A program made the position numbers and the translations under genes. Source: an uncultured Actinomycetota bacterium (GTDB taxonomy: Bacteria > Actinomycetota > Actinomycetes > JAHEKZ01). Taken from it: 64,000 nt of DNA. Location: NCBI GenBank assembly GCA_963743915.1, contig CAVURN010000001.1:576001-640000 (forward strand). Direction: 5' to 3'. Of this stretch, positions 55,119-64,000 are shown piece after piece. Position 1 is the first letter of the stretch. Each line of letters begins with the position of its first letter. The notes beneath the pieces are model-generated. The model did not search any database. It worked only from the letters and a program-made list of their open reading frames with translations, and was not told the DNA's origin.

Positions 55119-55961
55119 TCACACCTCGCCGCGTCGTTGCCACCGAAAGGTGGTCAGAGCCAGGACGAGGCCGATCAGACACCACGCGACGAGCACAGCG
55201 GCGGCCATCGCCAGCTCCCAGCTGCCCGCGACCTCCAGCGCCTGCGCCGAGTCGGGGAGAAACACGCTGCGCATGCCCTGGGTCAGCCACTTGAGGGGGA
55301 AGAACGAGGCGAACGTCTGCATCCAGTCGGGCAGCTGGGAGAAGTTGATGAAGACACCCGACGTGAACTGCAGGACGAGCACGATCGGGGTGACCACCGC
55401 CGATGCGCCCTTGCCGGTGCGGGGGATCGACGAGAAGGCGATGCCCAGCAGCGTGCACGAGACCAGACCGAGGACCGACAACCAGGTGAAGCTCCACCAG
55501 TCGGTGGCGCTCGTCGGGATCTGGACATCGAAGAACAGCACTCCGACGACGAGCAGTGCGGTCACCTGGGCCACGTAGGCGACCACGACCAGTCCGATCT
55601 TGCCGACGAAGTAGGCGGCAGGGGGCATCGGTAGCCCACGAAGGCGCTTCAGCGTGCCGTCCTCGCGTTCCTGCGGGATGGCGATCGCCAGGTTCTGGAA
55701 CGCGGTGTAGAACACACCACTGGCGATCATGCCGGCGACGAAGTACTGCGAGAAGGTGATGCCGGTGTCGCCCAGCTCCTGCCCCGAGAAGACCGAGCCG
55801 AAGATGAACAGCAGCAGCACGGGCAAGGAGAACGTGAAGACGGCGGACTCGCGGTCGCGGAAGAACTGCTTGAGCTCGATACCGACGCGCGACCGGCCGA
55901 TCTGCCACGCCGAAGGGTGACGACGTGAATCGGCGTGGACGGACGCGGTGCCGTCAGTCAT
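55119..55961 (-). CDS. ABC-2 type transporter permease
   Basis: EREDGTLKRL, FTSGVF, FPLKW, 6 TM. Confidence 0.9.
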   Translation of the reverse strand: MTDGTASVHADSRRHPSAWQIGRSRVGIELKQFFRDRESAVFTFSLPVLLLFIFGSVFSGQELGDTGITFSQYFVAGMIASGVFYTAFQNLAIAIPQEREDGTLKRLRGLPMPPAAYFVGKIGLVVVAYVAQVTALLVVGVLFFDVQIPTSATDWWSFTWLSVLGLVSCTLLGIAFSSIPRTGKGASAVVTPIVLVLQFTSGVFINFSQLPDWMQTFASFFPLKWLTQGMRSVFLPDSAQALEVAGSWELAMAAAVLVAWCLIGLVLALTTFRWQRRGEV

Positions 55962-56812
55962 CGGGATCAGCTCCTCGGTGGCCGATCAGCTCCAGGTAGA
56001 TGTCCTCGAGGGTCGGCTTGTGCACTTCGAGGCCAGGCACCTCGCCTCCGAACCGCGCGGCAAGCTGCTGCACCACACGGGTCGGCTCATCCGTCTTTTC
56101 CTCCCGGACCGATCCGTCCACCAGCCAGCGGACGCGGGCCAGCCCGAGCTGGCGGCCGCCGATCCGATCGGGACGGTCGAAGGCGGCCACCCGGCCATCG
56201 GCGATGACCGCGACCTTGTCGGCCAGCCGCTCGGCCTCCTCCAGGTAGTGCGTCGTCAACAGGATCGTCGTGCCGCGCGCGGAGAGCGCATCGATGAGGT
56301 CCCAGAACTGTCGCCGCGCCTCGGGGTCGAATCCGGTGGTGGGTTCGTCGAGGAAGAGCAGCTCGGGTCGGCCGACGATCCCGAGGGCCACGTCGAGGCG
56401 CCGCCGCTGGCCACCGGAGAGCTTGTCGACACGCGAGTCTCGCTTCTCCTGCAGCCCCACCTGGTCCAGGACCACGTCGAGCGGCTCCGGGGAGGCGAAG
56501 TAGCCCGGAGAAGTGGCGTACCGACTCCTCGACCGTGAGGTCGGGAAGGTCGCGCGCGGTCTGCAGCACGATGCCGATCCGGCTCCGCCATGCGGAGGTC
56601 GCCTCCTCGGGGTCGAGGTCGAGCACGCGCACCGCGCCGGCGTCCCGGTGCCGGTAGCCCTCGAGGATCTCGGTGAACGTGGTCTTGCCCGCCCCGTTGG
56701 GGCCGAGCAGGGCGACGCACTCGCCCTCTGCCACCTCGAGGGTGACATCGGCGACCGCCTCGACGTCGCCGTACCTCTTGCGCACACCCTCCGCGACGAT
56801 CGGCGTGGTCAT
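55954..56812 (-). CDS. ABC transporter ATP-binding protein (frameshift near 56505)
   Basis: GPNGAGKTT Walker A in one frame; LSGGQ, LDEPT, TTHY in the other. Confidence 0.9.
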
Positions 56813-57490
56813 CAGAACAGCTTCAGCGAGGGGTCGGTGCGTCCACGAAGCGCGTCGTAGTCGAGCGTGACGCACTCGATGCCGCGATCCTGGGCCAGGA
56901 CCTTGGCCTGAGGCTTGATCTCCTGCGCCGCGAACACGCCGCGCACCGGCCGCAGCAGGGGATCGCGGTTGAGCAGTTCCAGGTAGCGAGTCAGCTGCTC
57001 GACACCGTCGATGTCTCCCCGACGCTTGATCTCGATCGCCACTGCGCCCCCCTCGGCGTCCCGGGCCAGGATGTCGACCGGACCGATGGCCGTGGCGTAC
57101 TCGCGCCGGACCAGCGTCCAGCCCGGACCGAGGGACTCGATGTGCCGGGCGAGGAGCTCCTGCAGGTGAGCCTCGACACCGTCCTTCTGCAGACCGGGGT
57201 CGACGCCCAGCTGGTGCGTCAGTGTCGTGCAGGACCTCCTCCACCGAGATCAGCAGCCGATCACCGGTCTTGGTGTGGCTGACCGTCCACGTGCCGACGC
57301 CGGCCTCGTCCACCTCGATCACGGTTCGGCAGGGCGGGCTCATCCAGTTGAGCGGCTTGTACGCGCGGTCGTCCGCGTGGATCGAGACCGAGCCGTCGGA
57401 CTTGACCAGGATGAGGCGGGTCGCCATGGGCAGATGCGCGCTCAAGCGTCCGGTGTAGTCCACCGAGCAACGGGCGATGACGAGGCGCAT
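56812..57490 (-). CDS. nucS: Endonuclease NucS/EndoMS mismatch repair (frameshift near 57215)
   Basis: [21 protein letters not shown]; then [25 protein letters not shown]. Confidence 0.93.
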
Positions 57491-57579
57491 GATCTCCGAA
57501 CCTACCGACCCCGAGACCCTCGTGCGGCCTCAGCCCAACGAGTCGAGGACCTCCCGCGGTGCGTCTGCGAGCACACCGC

Positions 57580-58465
57580 TCAGTAGCGCGCGATGACGTC
57601 ACGCCACGCCTGCTGGGACGGCTCGTCGAGCAGACGGAACTCTCCGCCGATCGGCGAGTCGAAGTACAGGACGAAGCTGGCGCCTTCCTCGGACAGGTAC
57701 TGGCCCATCTCCCGCAGCCAGTCCGCGCGCAGGGCGCCGGTGGTGTCCTCGGGTGCCAGGAGCGACGCGGTCTCAGCGATGCCCCAGCCGAGGCCGAGGT
57801 CTCGCGACTTGGCGATCGCCGTTCCGTACAGGTCGTCCGGGTCCGCGTACGGACGCGCGTCCGACGCCTTGCTGTAGCAGTCCCATCCCATCGCCTCGAC
57901 GACGTCCTCCCCTGGGAAGAAGTCCGAGAAGGACCTTCCCGACCGGTGCTCCAGCGTCCAGCACATGAGCACGACGGTGTTGTGCAGCCGCGGGTTGTCG
58001 GCCGCGTCAGCCAGTGTCGCCACATGCCGGTACGCCGCCCGCCAGGCCTCGGCGGTGAACTCGCCACGCTCCACGTCGTCCTCGGGCTCGTGGAAGAACG
58101 TCCACCAGACGTCGCGGTCCCGAGGTGCAGCGGCGAACCACCGCCTCAGGACGACGTCGTCAGCCCCCGACAGGATCTCAGCGGGATCGGCCTTGAAGGA
58201 GACGACCAGTGCGCTGTCCACGGCGTCGGTCACGGAGTCCCAGGCGGCGGGGAAGGCCGGGGTGAAAGACGCGTACCGCCTCCAAGCCTCCGTAGCGCTC
58301 GTCCGAGCGCTGTGCTGCCGCCGCCCAGGACTGCGAACCGGCATAGACGCTGACGCCGAACTTCGTGGTGTCCCGTTCAGCTGGAGCCGGTCCCAGCAGC
58401 GTGAGAGCCAGCGCCACCCCCACCGTGAACAGTGCGAACAGCCACCAGCCCTGACGCGTGGTCAC
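57580..58465 (-). CDS. Secreted GH26-like (clan A TIM-barrel) glycoside hydrolase (frameshift near 58262)
   Basis: Signal peptide, KFG, VRVF; VVSFK, FFHEPE acid/base, GWDCY, WGIAET nucleophile, LYFD. Confidence 0.7.
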
Positions 58466-58468
58466 CCG

Positions 58469-59747
58469 CTAGAGGGGACAGAAGGCAATGCGGGCGCGGT
58501 ACTCGCGGGCGAATCGCTGTCCGTCGCTCCCGACCCACAGGCCGGCGGACGTCACCAGGAAGTCCTTGCCGCCCACGCCGCGGGTCTTGGTGGGGTTCCA
58601 GGGCAGCGCCGTCCCCTGCGTCGGATGAATGGCCCCGATCCCGGGTCGCGACACCGCCCCGGCTCCGGCCGAGTCACGGCCCAGGGGGTTGTCCAACCAC
58701 CGCTGGTGGCCCTGGACGTAGACCGCTGCCCCGGTCACGGCCACGGCGTGAAGGGTGTCGCCCCCGGTGTAGTTGATCCAGGTCGGACGGCTCGGGCTCG
58801 CCACGGAGGTCTCGAACCGCGCCGCCGCGTCGCAGAGGTCGCGACCGACGCCTCCTGACCGGGGGACGTAGCCCGTCGACACGAACACGAAGTAGGAGCC
58901 GTCCGGGGAGAAGTCCACGTCGCGCAGGTAGGCGGGCAGGCTGCTGGCTGCGCAGAGGTTCTCCAGCGGCTGGTAGTACCAGGGGTTCAGGGTCGCCTCG
59001 GACGGCCCGAGGTCCAGCATGAAGGCCTGCCAGCGCCTGAGCACCGGCCACCGACGTGAAGTTGCCGAGGGCCACCAGGCGAGTCCCCGCGGGGTTCACC
59101 GCGAACTTGTAGACCTTGGTCGGCCCGGAGTTGTCCGCGACCCGACCGGTGATCGACAGATCGAGGTAGCCGGTGTCGGCCCCGGTCGCCGGATCGAGGG
59201 CAAGGAGCTTGCCCGGGAACTTGCCTGCGATGAAGAGTCGACCGTCCACCAGGCGGATCTCGGTGATGTTGCCGCTCTTGATCTTCGGCTGGAAGGTCTG
59301 GTCCACCTCACCGGTGGAGGCATCGAGCTTGACCAGCTTCCTGGCCGTCACCCCGTTGACGGTCGTGAAGTCGCCGCCGACGTAGAGCGAGGATCCTGCG
59401 GCCTCGATCGCCCAGACCGTTCCGTTGAACTCCGGTGTGAACGAGGTGAGAGCTCCGGTCGTGGCGCTGAAGGACATGAGGTTGTGGCGGACGTAGGTGG
59501 TCGTGCGCGACGAGTCCGAGACCGACCGGAACTTCCCGCCCGCGTACACCGTGCCGCCGAGCTGCTCCAGGGCATGGACGGCCGGCTTGCCCACCGCCGC
59601 GTCGGACTCGACGTTGGGCGTGAAGTTGGCCGGGTTGTCGCTGACCACCGTGCCCTGGGCGATCGACGCACCAGCACCCCCAGAGGGCAGCACCATGGCC
59701 GCGACCACGCAGATGAGCAGACCGATCTTCGCCGAGCTCTTTGCCAT
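58469..59747 (-). CDS. Secreted beta-propeller-like protein (frameshift near 59043)
   Basis: Signal peptide; repeated VYAGGKF / LYVGGDFTTV / LVALGNFTSV blades, VDFSPDGSYF, LWVGSD. Confidence 0.72.
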
Positions 59748-59870
59748 CAGTTTCCCCCATAAACAGGTATCGATCGGGCCGCGCCGCCCCCGGCGCCGTC
59801 CACGGGCTTCCCCCGGTCTATCACTGCCCGCGGCCCTCGGCCACACCTGACGCACGCCCATGCCCCAACT

Positions 59871-59886
59871 GTCACCGACCTGTCAC
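59871..59886. promoter_or_regulatory. GTCAC-N6-GTCAC direct repeat (OmpR-family MtrA/GlnR-like site)
   Basis: CTGTCACC repeated at 11-bp period in the spacer upstream of the beta-propeller gene. Confidence 0.45.
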
Positions 59887-59904
59887 CCGCCCGATCTGCC
59901 GGAA

Positions 59905-60432
59905 TCAGGACCGAGCGGTCACCCGCGGGTAGAAGTGACGCCTCTGAGGTGCCCAGTCCACTCGTCCCTCGGCGTCGACCATCTTGGCGCTCACGCGCAC
60001 GGCACCGTGCAGGTGGAGGCAGTCACGGGAGGCCCGCCAGATGGCGACCTCCCTCGCGCTCGAGGCACTCATCCGGACCCTGCCGCAGGTGGTCAGCGGT
60101 CGTCCGCGCTCGCCCCACTTGTCGACCCGGTAGAGGGCCCACTCGCTGTCGGGCACCGCCACCATGCGCAGCTCGGGTCCACGATTCCTGAGATTTCGAT
60201 CCACAAAGACCGTCAAGGCGCTCCCGAGGACGATCCGGTCGACCTTGACGGTCACCCGGAAGCGATCGGCCCGCCGGTCGTTGCGCACCTTGACCCGCTG
60301 GATGTCGCTGGCTGACGTCGTCTCGTTCACCTTGTCCTGGAACACCGACGTGGCGGCTGTGGCCGCTCCCGTCGGCAGAAGTGTCATGCTCGCAGCCAGT
60401 ACCGCCAGCCCTGTGGCGCGGACAGTCTTCAT
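59905..60432 (-). CDS. Hypothetical secreted protein
   Basis: AAGGGAG RBS, signal peptide (ATAA), FQD...DI, two Cys, DWAP. Confidence 0.65.
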   Translation of the reverse strand: MKTVRATGLAVLAASMTLLPTGAATAATSVFQDKVNETTSASDIQRVKVRNDRRADRFRVTVKVDRIVLGSALTVFVDRNLRNRGPELRMVAVPDSEWALYRVDKWGERGRPLTTCGRVRMSASSAREVAIWRASRDCLHLHGAVRVSAKMVDAEGRVDWAPQRRHFYPRVTARS

Positions 60433-60562
60433 GAAGCGCTCCCTTCTCGGTTCCGGCCCACCTCTCTCCACTCCGGAGCGGGATAAACCCCGGCCTTCGA
60501 ACCAACCGCCCGGAAGTGGGAGGATGAGCGGCTGTCGGCCCCAGTGAGCACAGGAGATCGAG

Positions 60563-62338
60563 ATGGCGCGCGAGTTCACCAAGGTGGGGGTCGTCGGCCT
60601 CGGCACGATGGGGGCGGGAATCACCGAGGTGTTCGCACGCAGCGGCCTCGAGGTGGTCGCGGTGGAGCGTGACGAAGCCGGCCTCGCAGCAGGCGTCGGC
60701 CACGTCGAGTCGTCCACCTCGCGCGCGGTGAAGCGCAGCAAGCTCTCCGAGGAGGAGAAGCAGGCGATCTTCGACCGCATCACCTTCTCGACGTCCCTGG
60801 ATGACCTCGCGGACTGCCACCTGGTCATCGAGGCGGTCCCCGAGAAGCTCGAGCTCAAGCAGCACATCTTCACCGAGCTTGACCGCATCACTGCCCCGGA
60901 CGCCATCCTGGCCACGAACACCTCGTCCCTGTCGGTCACGGAGATCTCGGTGGCGACGCACCGACCCGCGCAGGTCGTCGGCATGCACTTCTTCAACCCC
61001 GCGCCGGTGCTGAAGCTCGTCGAGGTCATCCGCACGGTCGTCACGGACGTCCAGGTGATCGAGGACGTGAAGGCGCTCAGCGAGCGTCTCGGCAAGGTTC
61101 CGGTCGTCGTGGGGGACAAGGCGGGTTTCATCGCGAACGCCCTGCTCTTCGGCTACCTCAACCACGCGGTATCGATGTACGAGCAGCGGTACGCGTCACG
61201 TGAGGACATCGACGCCGCCATGAAGCTCGGCTGCGGGCTCCCGATGGGTCCGCTCGCCCTGCTCGACCTGATCGGGCTCGACACCGCCTACGAGATCCTC
61301 GACACGATGTACAAGCAGACGCGCGACCGACTTCATGCGCCGAGCCCCATCATCAAGCAGATGGTCACGGCCGGTGTGAAGGGCCGCAAGACCGGTCGGG
61401 GCTTCTACACCTACGAGGCCCCTGACTCACCGGTCGTCGTCGCCGACGCCCAGACCCCCGTCCCCAATGGGGACGACTCGCACACGCGACCGGTCCAGAG
61501 GGTCGGGATCGTGGGTTCCGGGACCATGGCAGTCGGCATCGCCGAGGTGTTCGCCAAAGCCGGGTACGACGTCGTCCTGCGCGCCCGGGGCACCGAGCAG
61601 ATCGACAAGGCACGTGTAGCCATCGGACGGTCCCTTGAGAAGGCAGTCGTACGCGGCAAGTTGACCGAGGAAGAGCGGGACGCCGCGCTCGGCCGGTTCT
61701 CGGGCAGCACGTCGTTCGACGACTTCGCCGACTGTGACCTCTTCGTCGAAGCCACGGTCGAGGAGCTCTCGGTCAAGCAGGCGATCTTCGCCACCCTGGA
61801 CGAGCTCGCCAAGCCCGGCGCCATCCTCGCGACCACCACGTCCAGCCTGCCGGTGGTCGACATCGCGTCCGCCACGTCGCGCATGGGGGACGTTGTCGGC
61901 ATGCACTTCTTCAACCCCGCCCCCGTCATGAAGCTGGTCGAGGTGGTGCACACCATCAACACCGACCCACAGGTCGTCGACACCGTTCGGGTGGTCTGCG
62001 AGCGCCTGGGCAAGCACCCGGTCACGTGCAGCGACCGCGCCGGCTTCATCGTCAACGCCCTGCTCTTCCCGTACCTCAACGACTCGGTGAAGATGCTCGA
62101 GGCGCACTACGCGACGGCCGAGGACATCGACAACGCCATGAAGGTGGGGTGCGGCTACCCGATGGGGCCCTTCGAGCTGCTCGACGTCGTCGGCCTCGAT
62201 GTCGCGCTCGCGATCCAGCGCGAGCTCTACCTCGAGTTCCGCGAGCCTGGGTTTGCACCCGCACCGCTCTTGGAGCACCTCGTCACGGCGGGCTACCTGG
62301 GCCGCAAGTCCACCCGCGGGTTCCGCGTCTACGCCTGA
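60563..62338 (+). CDS. 3-hydroxyacyl-CoA dehydrogenase with tandem duplicated HCDH modules
   Basis: Two GxGxMG Rossmann motifs, two GMHFFNPAP and two PMGP motifs. Confidence 0.92.
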   Translation: MAREFTKVGVVGLGTMGAGITEVFARSGLEVVAVERDEAGLAAGVGHVESSTSRAVKRSKLSEEEKQAIFDRITFSTSLDDLADCHLVIEAVPEKLELKQHIFTELDRITAPDAILATNTSSLSVTEISVATHRPAQVVGMHFFNPAPVLKLVEVIRTVVTDVQVIEDVKALSERLGKVPVVVGDKAGFIANALLFGYLNHAVSMYEQRYASREDIDAAMKLGCGLPMGPLALLDLIGLDTAYEILDTMYKQTRDRLHAPSPIIKQMVTAGVKGRKTGRGFYTYEAPDSPVVVADAQTPVPNGDDSHTRPVQRVGIVGSGTMAVGIAEVFAKAGYDVVLRARGTEQIDKARVAIGRSLEKAVVRGKLTEEERDAALGRFSGSTSFDDFADCDLFVEATVEELSVKQAIFATLDELAKPGAILATTTSSLPVVDIASATSRMGDVVGMHFFNPAPVMKLVEVVHTINTDPQVVDTVRVVCERLGKHPVTCSDRAGFIVNALLFPYLNDSVKMLEAHYATAEDIDNAMKVGCGYPMGPFELLDVVGLDVALAIQRELYLEFREPGFAPAPLLEHLVTAGYLGRKSTRGFRVYA

Positions 62339-62360
62339 CGCGACGACGCCCGCCACCGTC

Positions 62361-62633
62361 ATGAGCAAGCGGAGACCCAAGCGGCGTCCGGCGGCACCCG
62401 TGACGACCGAGACGGTGGTCGAGTGGCGAGGTGAGCCGTGGGTCGTGCGACCCATTCGCGGGTCGTCGTCGACCAAGGCGTACCGCTGTCCTGGGTGCAA
62501 CCAGGAGATCCGCCCCGCGACGCCGCACACCGTGGTGTGGCCCCAGACGGCGATCGGAGGTGAGGGCGTCGACCTGCGCCGTCACTGGCACTCGGCCTGC
62601 TGGAACGCTCGCGATCGGCGGAGCCCCCGTTGA
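62361..62633 (+). CDS. Conserved actinobacterial small Zn-binding hypothetical protein
   Basis: KAYRCPGCNQEI...HTVVW...RRHWHSACW. Confidence 0.78.
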   Translation: MSKRRPKRRPAAPVTTETVVEWRGEPWVVRPIRGSSSTKAYRCPGCNQEIRPATPHTVVWPQTAIGGEGVDLRRHWHSACWNARDRRSPR

Positions 62634-63364
62634 GCCAGGAGATCCGGTCGAACACTGTCCTCCCCGCCCAGCGTGAGGCGGTCACCCTTCGCACAGATGA
62701 CGGGCTGGACCTCGTGGGGGAGTGGGCGCGACCACTGACGCGTCCAGCGCAAGCCACCCTCGTCACCTTCCATCCGCTTCCGACTGCCGGTGGCTTCATG
62801 GAGTCGCACGTGATCCGCAAGGCGTCCTACCGCCTTCCGGCACTCGCGGGAATCTCGGTGCTGCGGTTCAACACGCGGGGAACCGAGTCGCCACAGGGGC
62901 GCAGCGACGGTGCCTTCGATGAGGCGAGAGGCGAGCGCTTCGACGTGGACGCTGCTCTCGAGGCGGGACGCCGCGAGGCGTCGCCGCCGCTCGTGGTGCT
63001 CGGCTGGTCGTTCGGCACGGATCTGGTGCTCAAGTACGGACGCCAGAACGGCGTGGACCGCGTCGTCCTGCTGTCGCCACCCTTGCGGTACACCAGCGAT
63101 GCCGAGCTCGCGGTCTGGGCGGGCGCCGGCGTCCCGATGACGGTGCTCGTGCCCGAGCTCGACGACTTCCTCCGTCCGGACGAGGCGAGGCATCGGTTCG
63201 CGGTCATCCCCGATGCGACCGTGGTCGGGGTCGACGGGGCCAAGCACCTGTGGGTGGGCGAGAGGTACGTCCAGCGTGTCCTCGACGCCGTGGCCTCGGT
63301 CGCATTGGGCACTTCCGTGACGCTTCCGAGAGAATGGGAGGGCGCCGGAGAGGAGGGGCAGTGA
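62630..63364 (+). CDS. Alpha/beta hydrolase
   Basis: HPLPTAGG, LRFNTRG, GWSFG nucleophile, ELDD, AKHLW. Confidence 0.88.
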   Translation: MSQEIRSNTVLPAQREAVTLRTDDGLDLVGEWARPLTRPAQATLVTFHPLPTAGGFMESHVIRKASYRLPALAGISVLRFNTRGTESPQGRSDGAFDEARGERFDVDAALEAGRREASPPLVVLGWSFGTDLVLKYGRQNGVDRVVLLSPPLRYTSDAELAVWAGAGVPMTVLVPELDDFLRPDEARHRFAVIPDATVVGVDGAKHLWVGERYVQRVLDAVASVALGTSVTLPREWEGAGEEGQ

Positions 63365-64000
63365 ACCGCAGGATCGCGATCGTCGTGCCCTTCCTCGCCC
63401 TCGCGGCACTGGTGCTGACCTGGGGACGCGAGCTGAACGGCCCCGTCCTGGCGATCGACCTCCTGCTCCTGGCGTCGACCATCGTGGCTGCCGTCTATCA
63501 CGCCGAGGTGGTCGCACACCGGGTCGGCGAACCGTTCGGCACCTTGATCCTCGCGGTGGCGGTGACGGTCATCGAGGTCGCGTTGATCGTGGCCGTCATG
63601 GTGTCGTCGGGATCGGAGCCGTCGTCGCTGGCGCGCGACACGGTGTTCTCGGCCGTGATGATCACGGTCAACGGGATCGTCGGTCTGTCCCTGCTGATCG
63701 CGGCCTTCCGGCACCGGATGCCGAGCTTCAGTGCTGAGGGATCGGGTGCCGCCCTCGCCACGGTCGCTGCTCTCGCGACTTTCACCTTGGTGTTCCCCTC
63801 GTACACCACCAGCTCTGCCGGGCCCACCCTCAGCGGCGCGCAGCTGACCTTTGTGTCGCTCGCTGCCATCACGCTCTACGGACTCTTCGTGTTCGTCCAA
63901 GCCATCCGCCACCGGGAGTTCTTCGTGCCCGGTGAGGGGGTCACCAGTGAGCGGGACGATCTCGGTGCGCGGCCCGAGCAGCGCGCTGCCCTCTTCAGTC
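63361..64000 (+). CDS. Ca2+/H+ antiporter ChaA family (3'-truncated by window edge)
   Basis: HAEVVAHRVGEPFGTLILAVAVTVIEV, ARDTVF, NGIVG. Confidence 0.85.
   Translation, partial: MNRRIAIVVPFLALAALVLTWGRELNGPVLAIDLLLLASTIVAAVYHAEVVAHRVGEPFGTLILAVAVTVIEVALIVAVMVSSGSEPSSLARDTVFSAVMITVNGIVGLSLLIAAFRHRMPSFSAEGSGAALATVAALATFTLVFPSYTTSSAGPTLSGAQLTFVSLAAITLYGLFVFVQAIRHREFFVPGEGVTSERDDLGARPEQRAALFS

Noticed and set aside
56087-57490. 467-aa apparent NucS-ABC ATPase fusion
   Set aside because: Two independent frameshifts (57215, 56505) join unrelated halves; each gene is complete once corrected

Overview
High-GC (about 70% by eye) Actinomycetota chromosome segment carrying the conserved core block tRNA-Arg(CCG) ... 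argS-lysA-hom-thrC-thrB-rho-rpmE-prfA-prmC-tsaC/sua5-ptp-glyA-wecA/rfe-atp(I,B,E,F,H,A,G,D,C)-pduO-murA ... meaA ... nucS, interleaved with accessory genes. The left end holds amino-acid and acyl-CoA catabolic genes (Glu/Leu/Phe/Val dehydrogenase, ADP-forming acyl-CoA ligase, acyl-CoA dehydrogenase, PhyH dioxygenase, mmuM, a GcvT-family dehydrogenase, a FAD oxidoreductase with a TetR regulator). About 17 genes, including core ones (lysA, hom, thrB, nucS, rho N-terminus), are broken by small indels, most simply explained by uncorrected long-read assembly errors. No integrase, transposase, CRISPR array or rRNA is visible. The most unusual items are: (1) a lower-GC two-gene islet (Cys-paired secreted protein plus repeat lipoprotein, tandem CGGGTGA operator-like sites, leaderless promoter) inserted between rho and rpmE; (2) a trimethyllysine-dioxygenase-like gene directly after the atp operon; (3) an in-frame H5CH3-encoding spacer between two catabolic genes separated only by one TAG; (4) duplicated DUF3105 genes split by a GcvT-family gene; (5) several long intergenic hairpins of about 58 nt; (6) pervasive leaderless TANNNT-N6-8-start promoters. 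All family calls come from motif recognition by eye, not from database searches.
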